The notes beneath the pieces are model-generated. The model saw only the letters and a list, made by a program, of their open reading frames with translations, was not told the origin of the DNA and did no database searches. From positions 1 to 37,352 of the forward strand of contig JAYZAC010000151.1 in assembly GCA_036339875.1 (NCBI GenBank): a DNA stretch of 37,352 bases, read 5' to 3'. Shown in pieces: positions 1 to 8,541 of this stretch. Position 1 is the first letter of the stretch. Every line of letters starts with the position of its first letter. This DNA comes from a bacterium. Its GTDB lineage: Bacteria; Muiribacteriota; UBA6191. A program made the position numbers and the translations under genes.

Positions 1-753
1 AGATCATTAGGTCTGGAATTCATGAATGTTGATATTCAAAATAGTGAGTTTAACAACTTTGTTAGTAATAAAAAAATTCAAGTTGGATTTCAGATGGTAT
101 CTGGAATGAAACGTGAATACGCATTAAAAATAGTCTCTGAACGTCAAAATAAAGGTCTATTTACAAGCCTTGGAGACGCTTGGCGCAGGCTACCCCCAGA
201 AAAAGGTATATTCGAAGCACTGATTCTAGCAGGGGGCTTCGATAAATTTGGCCTTGAGCGTCGTGAATTACTCTGGCAGTTGTGGCTACTCGAAGGACGT
301 CCACAAACAGAAAGCTTTGCCGAACTTGGTAATTATGAGCCTAGTCTTGCCGGACTTCCGGCTAGTTCAAATTGGGATAGCCTTATACAAGAACTAAGTG
401 TCATGGGGTTTTCTACAACTAAGCACCCCATGCAATTCATCCGTAAAGGTCTCAATTCTCAAGAAGTTCTCGATTCAAAAGATTTCAATGACCTATATAA
501 TCGTAGAACCTATCAATGCTGTGTGGCTGGAATGGTTGTCACAAGACAAAAGCCACCCACTGCAAAGGGTTTCGGCTTCCTCACTCTTGAAGACGAATTT
601 GGTCTAATTAATGTGGTCGTTAGCCCTAAAATGTGTGAAAAATTCAGAATTGTTTTTCGTACTGCTGCTTTTGTAATGGTGTATGGTCAAAGAGAAACAC
701 GTGACGGTGTTGTTAATATCAAAGCTACTAAAATCAATGAAATCAAAATCTAA
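1..753 (+). CDS. dnaE2: Error-prone DNA polymerase III alpha (DnaE2/ImuC), C-terminal part, truncated by the window edge
   Basis: Frame is open from base 1 (RSLGLEFMNVDIQNSE). It has a HhH region (EALILAGGFD) and an OB fold VAGMVVTRQKPPTAKGFGFLTLEDEFGLINVVV; the RQxPxTAKG motif is typical of DnaE2. There is no C-terminal tau-binding extension. Confidence 0.85.
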   Translation, partial: RSLGLEFMNVDIQNSEFNNFVSNKKIQVGFQMVSGMKREYALKIVSERQNKGLFTSLGDAWRRLPPEKGIFEALILAGGFDKFGLERRELLWQLWLLEGRPQTESFAELGNYEPSLAGLPASSNWDSLIQELSVMGFSTTKHPMQFIRKGLNSQEVLDSKDFNDLYNRRTYQCCVAGMVVTRQKPPTAKGFGFLTLEDEFGLINVVVSPKMCEKFRIVFRTAAFVMVYGQRETRDGVVNIKATKINEIKI

Positions 754-1043
754 ACTTAAATTAAGCGATAGCATCTTAAATTTCTATGGAGCTTAATTTC
801 TCAATTACTTCGATTTAAATTTTGTAAATTTGATCTGTTGCCATCATCAAACTTCTAGATGTTCCAAAATTGGGTAACATCAAAATTTTACGGGAAATCG
901 CTGTAGTTAAAAGCTTTCAGGGTTCATTATCAGCCTTAATCTATAACAATTAGCACAAAATATTTGTAGTAAATGTCAAGCAGTTGTTATCCATACAAAA
1001 TATTATTAAAATATATAGTGGGATTATATAAAAAGGGGGAAAT

Positions 1044-1625
1044 GTGTCTAAGCCTGACTCAAACTCAGCGAAAGTGCTAATTAGCAATCCGGTGATTGGG
1101 CTAACGATTGTTGCTCTGGTAGCTGGATCGCTTTTTTACATTTACGTAATCCATGCTCATCTAGTTCATTTACAGCTTTACAAATCTGCTATCATCAAAA
1201 CGGCTGCAGCTAATGAACGAGATAAAAAATCTTTTCGTGACAAATACCTAAAGTTCAACCACGGTCTTTACACCCTTTCAGAAGCGTCTGAAAAATTTCT
1301 ACAAACGTCACTAGAAAATCAAGCTCTCTCTCAATACACTGAATGCAAGTCACAAACTCATAGGATGTTCAAACTCCTAACGCCTGCTGACGATTCTGGT
1401 TTAGCGAAGTTAGAGAATCTTACGTGGAATTCGGCGGAGCTTATATTTGAAATACACACTCGAAATGAAGATAAATTTTTCGATATGCTTAGCCGTGTAA
1501 AATCAGAAAATCCAAGTTTTGGTCTTCACATCGACCAAGTGAGTCATAAGAGTGACCAAAGCAACGGGTATGCGGTTGTCAGAGGTAGACTCACACAAGA
1601 AGACTGTAGGGGAGGGCAATTATGA
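1044..1625 (+). CDS. Bitopic membrane protein, possibly PilN/GspL-like
   Basis: GTG start after SD AAGGGGG; N-terminal TM helix, then a helical segment and a small alpha/beta domain. Overlaps the next PilO-like gene by 4 nt. Family is inferred from architecture only. Confidence 0.45.
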   Translation: MSKPDSNSAKVLISNPVIGLTIVALVAGSLFYIYVIHAHLVHLQLYKSAIIKTAAANERDKKSFRDKYLKFNHGLYTLSEASEKFLQTSLENQALSQYTECKSQTHRMFKLLTPADDSGLAKLENLTWNSAELIFEIHTRNEDKFFDMLSRVKSENPSFGLHIDQVSHKSDQSNGYAVVRGRLTQEDCRGGQL

Positions 1626-2185
1626 TGCGTTTAAACAATGGTATATGGATTGCCTTCGGCACGCTATCGCTTTTCTGTATGAGTTACCTAGGAGCGTATC
1701 AAGTCATAACAAGCCCTCATCTCGAAAACATGAGATCAAAATTTAAGATTTTGATTCAACAGAAGAAGCATGTGCACAAGCAATCTCGTCAGCTGAAAAA
1801 GGCCTGTCTAGCCCATTCCCAAGAGGAGTCATTTCTACGTTCAAGGGTTGCTGAGTTAGAGAGTGAGAACCAAGACATGTATAAACAGTCGATAGATTCT
1901 AAGGAACTCATTCAATTCTACGAAACCGTGACAACTTTAGGTGCAGAAAATAATTTGAAAACGACCTCCATGGAGAGTGAGACCATTCAACTCAAAAGTG
2001 GCGCCATATTGAACCTAACCTTAAATATTGAAGGTCCAATGAGTAACCTTTTGATTTGGATACAGAGTCTAGAAACGACAGACTACCCACTGGTAATTAA
2101 TCACTATTCCATGACTAAGGAGAAAACTGGAGAAGATTTGTACACGAATTTAGCTATTCAACTAAGTTTACTAGTAGAAGAATAA
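1622..2185 (+). CDS. PilO/GspM-like membrane protein
   Basis: TM helix plus coiled coil; the C-terminal pattern LNLTLNIEGPMSNLLIWIQSLE...LVINHYSM resembles the PilO/GspM ferredoxin-like domain. SD GGAGG. Confidence 0.55.
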   Translation: MMRLNNGIWIAFGTLSLFCMSYLGAYQVITSPHLENMRSKFKILIQQKKHVHKQSRQLKKACLAHSQEESFLRSRVAELESENQDMYKQSIDSKELIQFYETVTTLGAENNLKTTSMESETIQLKSGAILNLTLNIEGPMSNLLIWIQSLETTDYPLVINHYSMTKEKTGEDLYTNLAIQLSLLVEE

Positions 2186-2186
2186 G

Positions 2187-3602
2187 CTAAAACAATTTAT
2201 TCCAAAGTTTCTTAGCCGTCTTTTTGATGCTGCTAACTAGATTGGTCTTTGGTGGCTTGTCTACATTCATTTTAGTTGAAGTGTAGTCATCATTCCCACG
2301 ATTCTTTCTTTTGCGCTTTCTTCTACGTTTTGGCCTTTTCTCCTCTGGCGCTGACATCTCAACTACGCTTTCTGTACTTACTTTTGGCACGTCTTTCTGC
2401 GACTTATTATTTGATTTGCGTTGAGAATGACTTGGTTTGGATTTAGATTGCTGATCTCGAGACTTAGATTTAGCATCATTGACCAAATTTAGATTGCGAT
2501 CTAACCAAATTGGTTCTACTCCGATCTTTAGTATGATCTGTTGTAGTAAATGAGTCTTATTTCTAACAGAAAAGGTCAGACTTTTACCCTTTCTACCCAT
2601 GCGCCCTGTTCGACCAGTTCTATGTGTGAAAGATTCTAAATCCATTGGAAAGTCGTAGTTAATAACGTGTGTCACATGAGAAAAGTCTAAACCTCTACCT
2701 GCAACATCAGTAGCTATCATAAATTTTACACGTTTCTTCTTAAATCTTTCAAAAATACTAGTACGACGACTTTGCGGTAAACCGCCATGAATCATTTCGA
2801 TGCTTCTTACACGCTTCTTGACCACTTCATAGAGCTTATCCACATTAAGTCTTGAATTACAAAAAATTATGGCTTGCTCGATATCTTCCTCAGAAATATA
2901 TCTAATTAAACAATCCATACGGTTTCTGGAAGCTGTTGCTATAAAGAAATGATCAATCGTTTCAGGAACTTTTTCTTGTGAGATCAACTTGACCTGAACT
3001 GGATTATTTAGTTGATTCTGAGCCAATGTATCTATTTCAAGTGGCATCGTTGCCGAGAATAAGAGTTTCTGATGCTCGTGGCCCATACAAGATAGTATAA
3101 AATTAACATCCTCCATGAAACCCATGTTTAACATCTCATCAGCTTCATCAAGTACAAAGCACTTTATATGCCGCATACTGACATTAGACGAGTAAATGTG
3201 ATCAATAAATCTACCAGGTGTTGCAACTGCCAACTGAGCAGTCTCCAACTCTACTCTTTGCTCACCCATCGGCACACCGCCGTATAACAGGCAAACATTA
3301 GTCTCTAAAAATTTGGAGAGTCGATCAATTTCATCACAATACTGAAATGCTAATTCTCGGGTAGGCACTAAAATCAAAATCTGTAATTCTTTAAGTGTAT
3401 GATCAATTCGCTCTAAAACTGGAATTGCACAAGCACTTGTTTTACCAGAACCTGTTTTCGCCAAACCCATTAGATCTCTCCCATCTAGAATGGGCTGAAT
3501 ACTCTGCTCCTGAATAGGTGTCATAGTCTGATAGCCAATACTCTCGATACCTTTCTTAAGAAGCGGATCAATATTTAATTCACTAAATTTCATGCTTTCC
3601 AT
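2187..3602 (-). CDS. DEAD-box ATP-dependent RNA helicase (DeaD/CshA-like) with basic tail
   Basis: Q motif GYQTMTPIQ, AKTGSGKT, PTRELA, TPGR, DEAD, SAT, motif V AGRGLD, HRTGRTGR; K/R-rich C-terminal tail. Confidence 0.95.
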   Translation of the reverse strand: MESMKFSELNIDPLLKKGIESIGYQTMTPIQEQSIQPILDGRDLMGLAKTGSGKTSACAIPVLERIDHTLKELQILILVPTRELAFQYCDEIDRLSKFLETNVCLLYGGVPMGEQRVELETAQLAVATPGRFIDHIYSSNVSMRHIKCFVLDEADEMLNMGFMEDVNFILSCMGHEHQKLLFSATMPLEIDTLAQNQLNNPVQVKLISQEKVPETIDHFFIATASRNRMDCLIRYISEEDIEQAIIFCNSRLNVDKLYEVVKKRVRSIEMIHGGLPQSRRTSIFERFKKKRVKFMIATDVAGRGLDFSHVTHVINYDFPMDLESFTHRTGRTGRMGRKGKSLTFSVRNKTHLLQQIILKIGVEPIWLDRNLNLVNDAKSKSRDQQSKSKPSHSQRKSNNKSQKDVPKVSTESVVEMSAPEEKRPKRRRKRKRKNRGNDDYTSTKMNVDKPPKTNLVSSIKKTAKKLWNKLF

Positions 3603-4057
3603 CTCATTAAAATATTAATATGCTCGGAGTCTTTCTCAATGCGTAAAGGACTGGTATGTATCACGAAGTCTTTAATGCTATAAGAAAAAAGCATCCAAAA
3701 AGTGGTCCAACTACACAAACGAGTAGAATCTATAAAAACCGGCTGCGAACTACCAATTTTAGAGAATAATATCCCTAGAATAAACACAGTTAGGCCAAGC
3801 GTTGACTCAGCGCATAGACAAAGTTTTGACTCTCTTGTTTTCATGTTCACAGATTGCTTCATTTTCAACAGAATTAAGATATCTCTCACAAGGCTTTGTG
3901 AAAAAATTAAGCCCGCAGTGTAGAGTAAAAAGGTACCCCAATCCAAATCACGAGGAAAATTTTCACTAATAGATGTCTGAAGCGCTATCAAAGAAAGTAC
4001 AATAATCGTTGAAAGCTCCAAATATTCAAGTTTGGAAATTGATAAATCCTTCCACAA
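3590..4057 (-). CDS. Hypothetical integral membrane protein (about 4 TM); start may be ATT at 4039
   Basis: Four hydrophobic segments; 13-nt overlap with the helicase start. SD GGAAGGA (4053-4047) lies 7 nt before an in-frame ATT, whereas TTG 4057 has no SD. Confidence 0.7.
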   Translation of the reverse strand: MWKDLSISKLEYLELSTIIVLSLIALQTSISENFPRDLDWGTFLLYTAGLIFSQSLVRDILILLKMKQSVNMKTRESKLCLCAESTLGLTVFILGILFSKIGSSQPVFIDSTRLCSWTTFWMLFSYSIKDFVIHTSPLRIEKDSEHINILMRWKA

Positions 4058-4118
4058 ATTCTGATGTCATGATTATCCCATAGCATTCGTTTAATGTGAA
4101 ATTTTGTATACTGCAGAT

Positions 4119-5123
4119 ATGTCTTCATGGTCACCAATACATCTAGGTCATCAATTAATTGAGCATCTTTCGATAAACCCGTTTGTACCAAATATTTACT
4201 TGGAATCGGGAATAATTCAAACTATCGCCACCCAATTATGGCCTCGGAACATTCTACGTACTGGCAATAATCTTCACTTAATTGAACTTGATGATGGAGA
4301 TAAACTTTGTCTGGTAGAAATGAAGCCCTCAAAACATGCAGAAGCTGTGGTCATATTAGTCCATGGCTTAAATGGTGATTATGAATCACATTACATACAA
4401 CGAATGGCAATGCAATCAAATCAAGAGGGATGGCTTGTGTATTGCGTAAATTTAAGAAATTGTGGACCATCCTTAGGATATTCAAAGACGATTTATAATG
4501 CTGGTAATTCATCTGATCTCATTCAAGTTCTGAAATGGATTGAATCAAATCATCCAAACTTACCTCGATTTCTCTGTGGTTATTCTCTAGGTGGCAACAT
4601 AAGCCTAAAAGCGATGGGGGAACTAAAGCCAAAATTATTACAGGGTGGCGCTGTAATTTCAGCACCAATAGATTTGTTAGCTAGTGCAGAGAAACTAGCA
4701 CAGCCCAAAAATAAGTTTATTAATCGAAATTTACTAAAATACTGCGTGAAAAACTTCAATAATATGCGAAATAACCTAAAAAATAGTCCCAATTATATAG
4801 TACTTAAAACCCATTTATTGAGAGATTTTGATGAAGGTGTAACTGCGCCGATGGGGGGATATATCAATGCCGAGGATTACTACCGAAAATGTTCTTCAAT
4901 TCATACCGCATCAAGTATAAATATCCCCGTTCTGATTCTTAGTTCAAATGACGACCCAATCGTTGATCACTCTTACCTAAACGTTACTCAGAAAAACCCA
5001 AATTTAGAGCATATTATAACTAACTATGGAGGTCATTTAGGATTTATACAACACGGGCCAAGTGGAATACATTGGATGGAAGACACACTTTGTTCATGGT
5101 TTAAGTCTCTCTTAAAAACATAG
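4119..5123 (+). CDS. YheT-family alpha/beta hydrolase (esterase)
   Basis: VHGLNG oxyanion motif, GYSLGG nucleophile elbow, DDP acid, GGHLGF catalytic His; also RDFDEGVTAP..GY..AEDYY. ATG 4119 preferred over TTG 4104. Confidence 0.9.
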   Translation: MSSWSPIHLGHQLIEHLSINPFVPNIYLESGIIQTIATQLWPRNILRTGNNLHLIELDDGDKLCLVEMKPSKHAEAVVILVHGLNGDYESHYIQRMAMQSNQEGWLVYCVNLRNCGPSLGYSKTIYNAGNSSDLIQVLKWIESNHPNLPRFLCGYSLGGNISLKAMGELKPKLLQGGAVISAPIDLLASAEKLAQPKNKFINRNLLKYCVKNFNNMRNNLKNSPNYIVLKTHLLRDFDEGVTAPMGGYINAEDYYRKCSSIHTASSINIPVLILSSNDDPIVDHSYLNVTQKNPNLEHIITNYGGHLGFIQHGPSGIHWMEDTLCSWFKSLLKT

Positions 5124-5246
5124 AATAGAAGACGAAATGTAGCATATCCATACCGATTTTGTTATTCAACAAGTAATACGATCTAAATCTATGTTGTTGT
5201 GTCGGTATTTAAAGCTCCAGTATTAAAAAGAGATAAGGGGGAAATT

Positions 5247-5369
5247 ATGAGTAAAAAAATCTCTACAATCAGCTGGATATGGGATAGTTACAGCGCTAAA
5301 TTTACTGAGATACGTAAGGCAATTAACGGGATAGTATCTGGCACTAAAGTACCGACAAAAAATTTATAA
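5247..5369 (+). CDS. Unannotated 40-aa small protein MSKKISTISWIWDSYSAKFTEIRKAINGIVSGTKVPTKNL
   Basis: ATG preceded by AAGGGGGAAATT; the AAGGGGGAAAT context is identical to that before the gene at 1044. Sits in an otherwise empty 312-bp gap. Confidence 0.6.
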   Translation: MSKKISTISWIWDSYSAKFTEIRKAINGIVSGTKVPTKNL

Positions 5370-5435
5370 CCGAAAATTAGTCCTTCTCTAGGATATAAAA
5401 TAAATGAATTTTAATAGTATCAAAGGAAAGAAACA

Positions 5436-5960
5436 CTAAAGTGATTGTGTAAATTCTTGAAGACTCCAGGCTACTTTTTTAAGCTCCTGATTGACTTTTA
5501 AATTTGGATTCCAAGCACGAGGTCTCAACATTAAAACCCATGAATTATCATTTGTATTGAGATTGACTAAGAGATTATCTCTGATTAATAAATCTGATTC
5601 AATGAAGACGAAATTAAGCTCTGTAAGATGTTTTCGTAAAGCTTCATATTGAACTACATCTTTAATAGTTAAACGATAAAAGTAGGAGTGACTCAATCCA
5701 CATTTCAACCATAGTCCAATAACTGCTGCACTTAAGCTAATTGCAAAAACCATACTCGCTATTCCTGCAACTGAAATCAATAAAAAAGTAAAAAAACTTG
5801 GTAATTGATTCAAATCATTAGTTGGCATTCTTTGTAAACACAGTAATACCGTCCACATTACAATCATAAGAATAGTTATAATTGATGCTAGTACGATAGC
5901 ATGATAGATCAAATGGGCAGGACCGGCTCCCTTAAGGACACTAATCTTCTTATCTTTCAA
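5436..5960 (-). CDS. Hypothetical membrane protein (2 TM)
   Basis: Two long hydrophobic helices followed by a soluble domain; overlaps the stop of the upstream Sel1 gene. Confidence 0.7.
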   Translation of the reverse strand: MKDKKISVLKGAGPAHLIYHAIVLASIITILMIVMWTVLLCLQRMPTNDLNQLPSFFTFLLISVAGIASMVFAISLSAAVIGLWLKCGLSHSYFYRLTIKDVVQYEALRKHLTELNFVFIESDLLIRDNLLVNLNTNDNSWVLMLRPRAWNPNLKVNQELKKVAWSLQEFTQSL

Positions 5961-6645
5961 CTTTACTCCATTTCGTCAAAAGCTGCTTTGCTGGCTTAAA
6001 ACCTAATTGATGAGAGCGCCTTAACATGTTCATTGCAGATTCCCAATTTTGATTGATTCCTTCACCACGACCAAGCATTAAAGCTAAATTATAAGCAGAA
6101 CGCGCATGACCTCGGTCAGCCGCAAGTGTGTAAGCTCTCACAGCAGCGGATTTATCAATATTCCCACCAAGACCTTCATCGAGACAAACAGCTAAATTAA
6201 AAAGTCCTTCTGGATTACCTAAATCTGCAGCCTTCTGATACCAATACCTAGCCTTCGTATAGTCTGAATTAATACCTATCCCATGATCATAAATTAAACC
6301 TAAATTTAAACTTGATAAAGAATCTCCTGCTGCACTGGCTTCGCCAAACCAATAAATAGCTAAATCGATATCTGTCGGACTTGTTTCAGGCTGCGTAGCT
6401 CTTACTGCAAGAGTAAACATCGCTCCCACATTCCCAAGTCTTGCTGCTCGATTTAATACTTGCTCGAATTGTACATCTATCTCAGAAACGTTCTTCTGTT
6501 GATACAGCCTTAAATATTCTAAACAACTTTGTAGATTACCATCTTCGCATTTCGCAACCAACAGCGAAAATTGAGATTTGCTTCTGCAACCAAGCAAGCT
6601 TATGCAAAAAATTAAAGAGAAAACTAATTTTTTTTTTAAAGTCAT
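5950..6645 (-). CDS. Sel1-like repeat lipoprotein
   Basis: Lipobox SLLG-C; repeats NLGLIYDHGIG..DYTKARYWYQKAADLG, NLAVCLDEGLG and YNLALMLGRGEG. Confidence 0.9.
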   Translation of the reverse strand: MTLKKKLVFSLIFCISLLGCRSKSQFSLLVAKCEDGNLQSCLEYLRLYQQKNVSEIDVQFEQVLNRAARLGNVGAMFTLAVRATQPETSPTDIDLAIYWFGEASAAGDSLSSLNLGLIYDHGIGINSDYTKARYWYQKAADLGNPEGLFNLAVCLDEGLGGNIDKSAAVRAYTLAADRGHARSAYNLALMLGRGEGINQNWESAMNMLRRSHQLGFKPAKQLLTKWSKVER

Positions 6646-6747
6646 CAATCAAATTATGTCAAAGAATAATCCTACATTTGAAGGGTTTATTCTAGCATGC
6701 TCTCATTCATTCATTCATGAAAGACGAAAGTAAGCATAAGAACAAAT

Positions 6748-8541
6748 ATGCACAATTTCATTCATTTAATTATCATTTTGTTAGCATCGATACAGTTTCT
6801 GGATGCTAAAACCGAGTATAAACTCAAAGTCCTTGAATGTATTCCAGGACTTCAATCCGATTCCTTTCAAGAACTGGAAGACAGTTTATTATGTCTTCAC
6901 AACCTTCAACTAAAAGGTGAAGGTGCTGCCGGCTACTCTATATATCAATATTTTTATAATGGAGCTCCTCAACGAGAGCAAAACCCAGATTTAGCAATGT
7001 CTTACCTGGTTTCAGCAGCTCGCTTGAACCATCCAAGGAGTCTTGACCGCTTAGCATGGCATTTTGAGACGGGTAAAAATATTAATCGAAATCTCGAAAC
7101 TGCATATTCACTTTATCTTAAAGCTGCTGAGTTAGGTTTTACTCGATCTCTTGTGAATCTAGGACGTTGGTTAATTTCGGGCGAGGGTATTTCTCAAGAC
7201 ACTGAAGCTGCTTTTCAGCTATTTTATCAAGCTTCATTAATGGGTAGTCCAGACGCACAATTCGAACTTGCACATATGTATAAATTAGGTATCTCGGTTA
7301 GCAAAAATATCGATAAATATAGAACTCATTTACGCCGAGCCGCTAGCGGAGGGCATGTCGGTGCCATTCTAGAAATTTCTCGAAATCATCTTGAGGGACG
7401 TTTTGAACAAAAAAATATTCATAAAGCTCTGCAGTGGATGAAAACTCAAGAAGGCAATCCACGCATTGATATGATGAGGTCTATGCTGCTTATGTCCCGT
7501 CCCGAATATAAATACAATAAAGAAGGGCTAGAGTTATTGCGTTTACTAAGTCGATCTGGTCATGCACCAGCTTCTAAATTTATATCAGAACTTCATGAAA
7601 ATGGTCATTTCCTAACTCATAAATCTAACACTGTAAAACAAATATATACTCGCACAGCTCGCCGACAAGCCGGACATCTACCCCCAATTTCAAAAGATTA
7701 CTCAAAAGGGTTTAGTAGTCTTAGGGATGTACCAAAATTTCTGGAGAAATATGACTCTAGAAATTCAGAAATCTTATGGACTAAATCTGAAAATGATATT
7801 AGCGAGGAGAATTCAAAAATAAAGGAAACCGCATTATCAGCCTCTGGAAATTCACTCAAAAAATGGCTTAATGAATATGAGAAAAGAAAGAAAACCCAAA
7901 ATGATGTAAAAAATAAAAATGAATACGATCAGATCGGTAAAAACACAAAGATTAAAATAAAGAAAATAGCTTCAAAGAATATACAATTGGAAGAGAATCA
8001 AATTTTAAATAGAAGTCGCCTCATTGAGCAAACATTAGAGGAAATAAAAATTGTTGATCCAATTGCTAAATTAGGTCAGTGTTTAATGTTGATCAACAAT
8101 CGCATATTACTTGCGAACAGCTATTTTAGTATTGGATATTTTGATCTAATGAACTCTCAACTGGAGAAAGCCATCAATGAAAGTTTCAAGATCTTGAACC
8201 TACTATCAAATCATATAAATAAGAAGTTAGCCTATCCTGAGATAATTAGCGCAATAAATAATACAGAAAAATTAAATGCCGCTAAAAATCTATGGACTCA
8301 GTCATTTGAAGATCTGCGCTTTGGCTCAATTGAGCTTGTTAAATCAATAAAAAACGCCATTAACTTGTATATTGAATCTAGTAACCAGGATAAAGCGAAA
8401 GAACTAAATCAAACTCTGAATGAACTTCTATTCGGAAAATCAAATTATGGATTTCTATGTGTAAGCTTCGACGAAAATCATCCATTAAATAAAATTTCAA
8501 AGAGCCTAATTGATAGTCCTTTCGATGTAATCAAAAACTAG
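6748..8541 (+). CDS. Secreted Sel1-like repeat protein with unrelated helical C-terminal half
   Basis: Signal peptide; repeats LAWHFETGKNINRNLETAYSLYLKAAELG and AQFELAHMYKLGISVSKN; K/N/E-rich linker and helical tail. Confidence 0.85.
   Translation: MHNFIHLIIILLASIQFLDAKTEYKLKVLECIPGLQSDSFQELEDSLLCLHNLQLKGEGAAGYSIYQYFYNGAPQREQNPDLAMSYLVSAARLNHPRSLDRLAWHFETGKNINRNLETAYSLYLKAAELGFTRSLVNLGRWLISGEGISQDTEAAFQLFYQASLMGSPDAQFELAHMYKLGISVSKNIDKYRTHLRRAASGGHVGAILEISRNHLEGRFEQKNIHKALQWMKTQEGNPRIDMMRSMLLMSRPEYKYNKEGLELLRLLSRSGHAPASKFISELHENGHFLTHKSNTVKQIYTRTARRQAGHLPPISKDYSKGFSSLRDVPKFLEKYDSRNSEILWTKSENDISEENSKIKETALSASGNSLKKWLNEYEKRKKTQNDVKNKNEYDQIGKNTKIKIKKIASKNIQLEENQILNRSRLIEQTLEEIKIVDPIAKLGQCLMLINNRILLANSYFSIGYFDLMNSQLEKAINESFKILNLLSNHINKKLAYPEIISAINNTEKLNAAKNLWTQSFEDLRFGSIELVKSIKNAINLYIESSNQDKAKELNQTLNELLFGKSNYGFLCVSFDENHPLNKISKSLIDSPFDVIKN

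Noticed and set aside
22..753. ORF-track start at ATG 22 for the polymerase fragment
   Set aside because: The frame is open to base 1 and homology continues; this is the tail of a longer gene.
754..980. Possible minus-strand small ORF or ncRNA driven by TTGACA at 979-974
   Set aside because: No good -10 at proper spacing, only very short ORFs without SD, and no recognisable riboswitch motif.
987..2844. DnaA-box-like 9-mers (TTATCCATA at 987, TTATCCACA at 2836)
   Set aside because: Isolated, one lies inside a CDS, and there is no cluster or dnaA context; no support for an origin.
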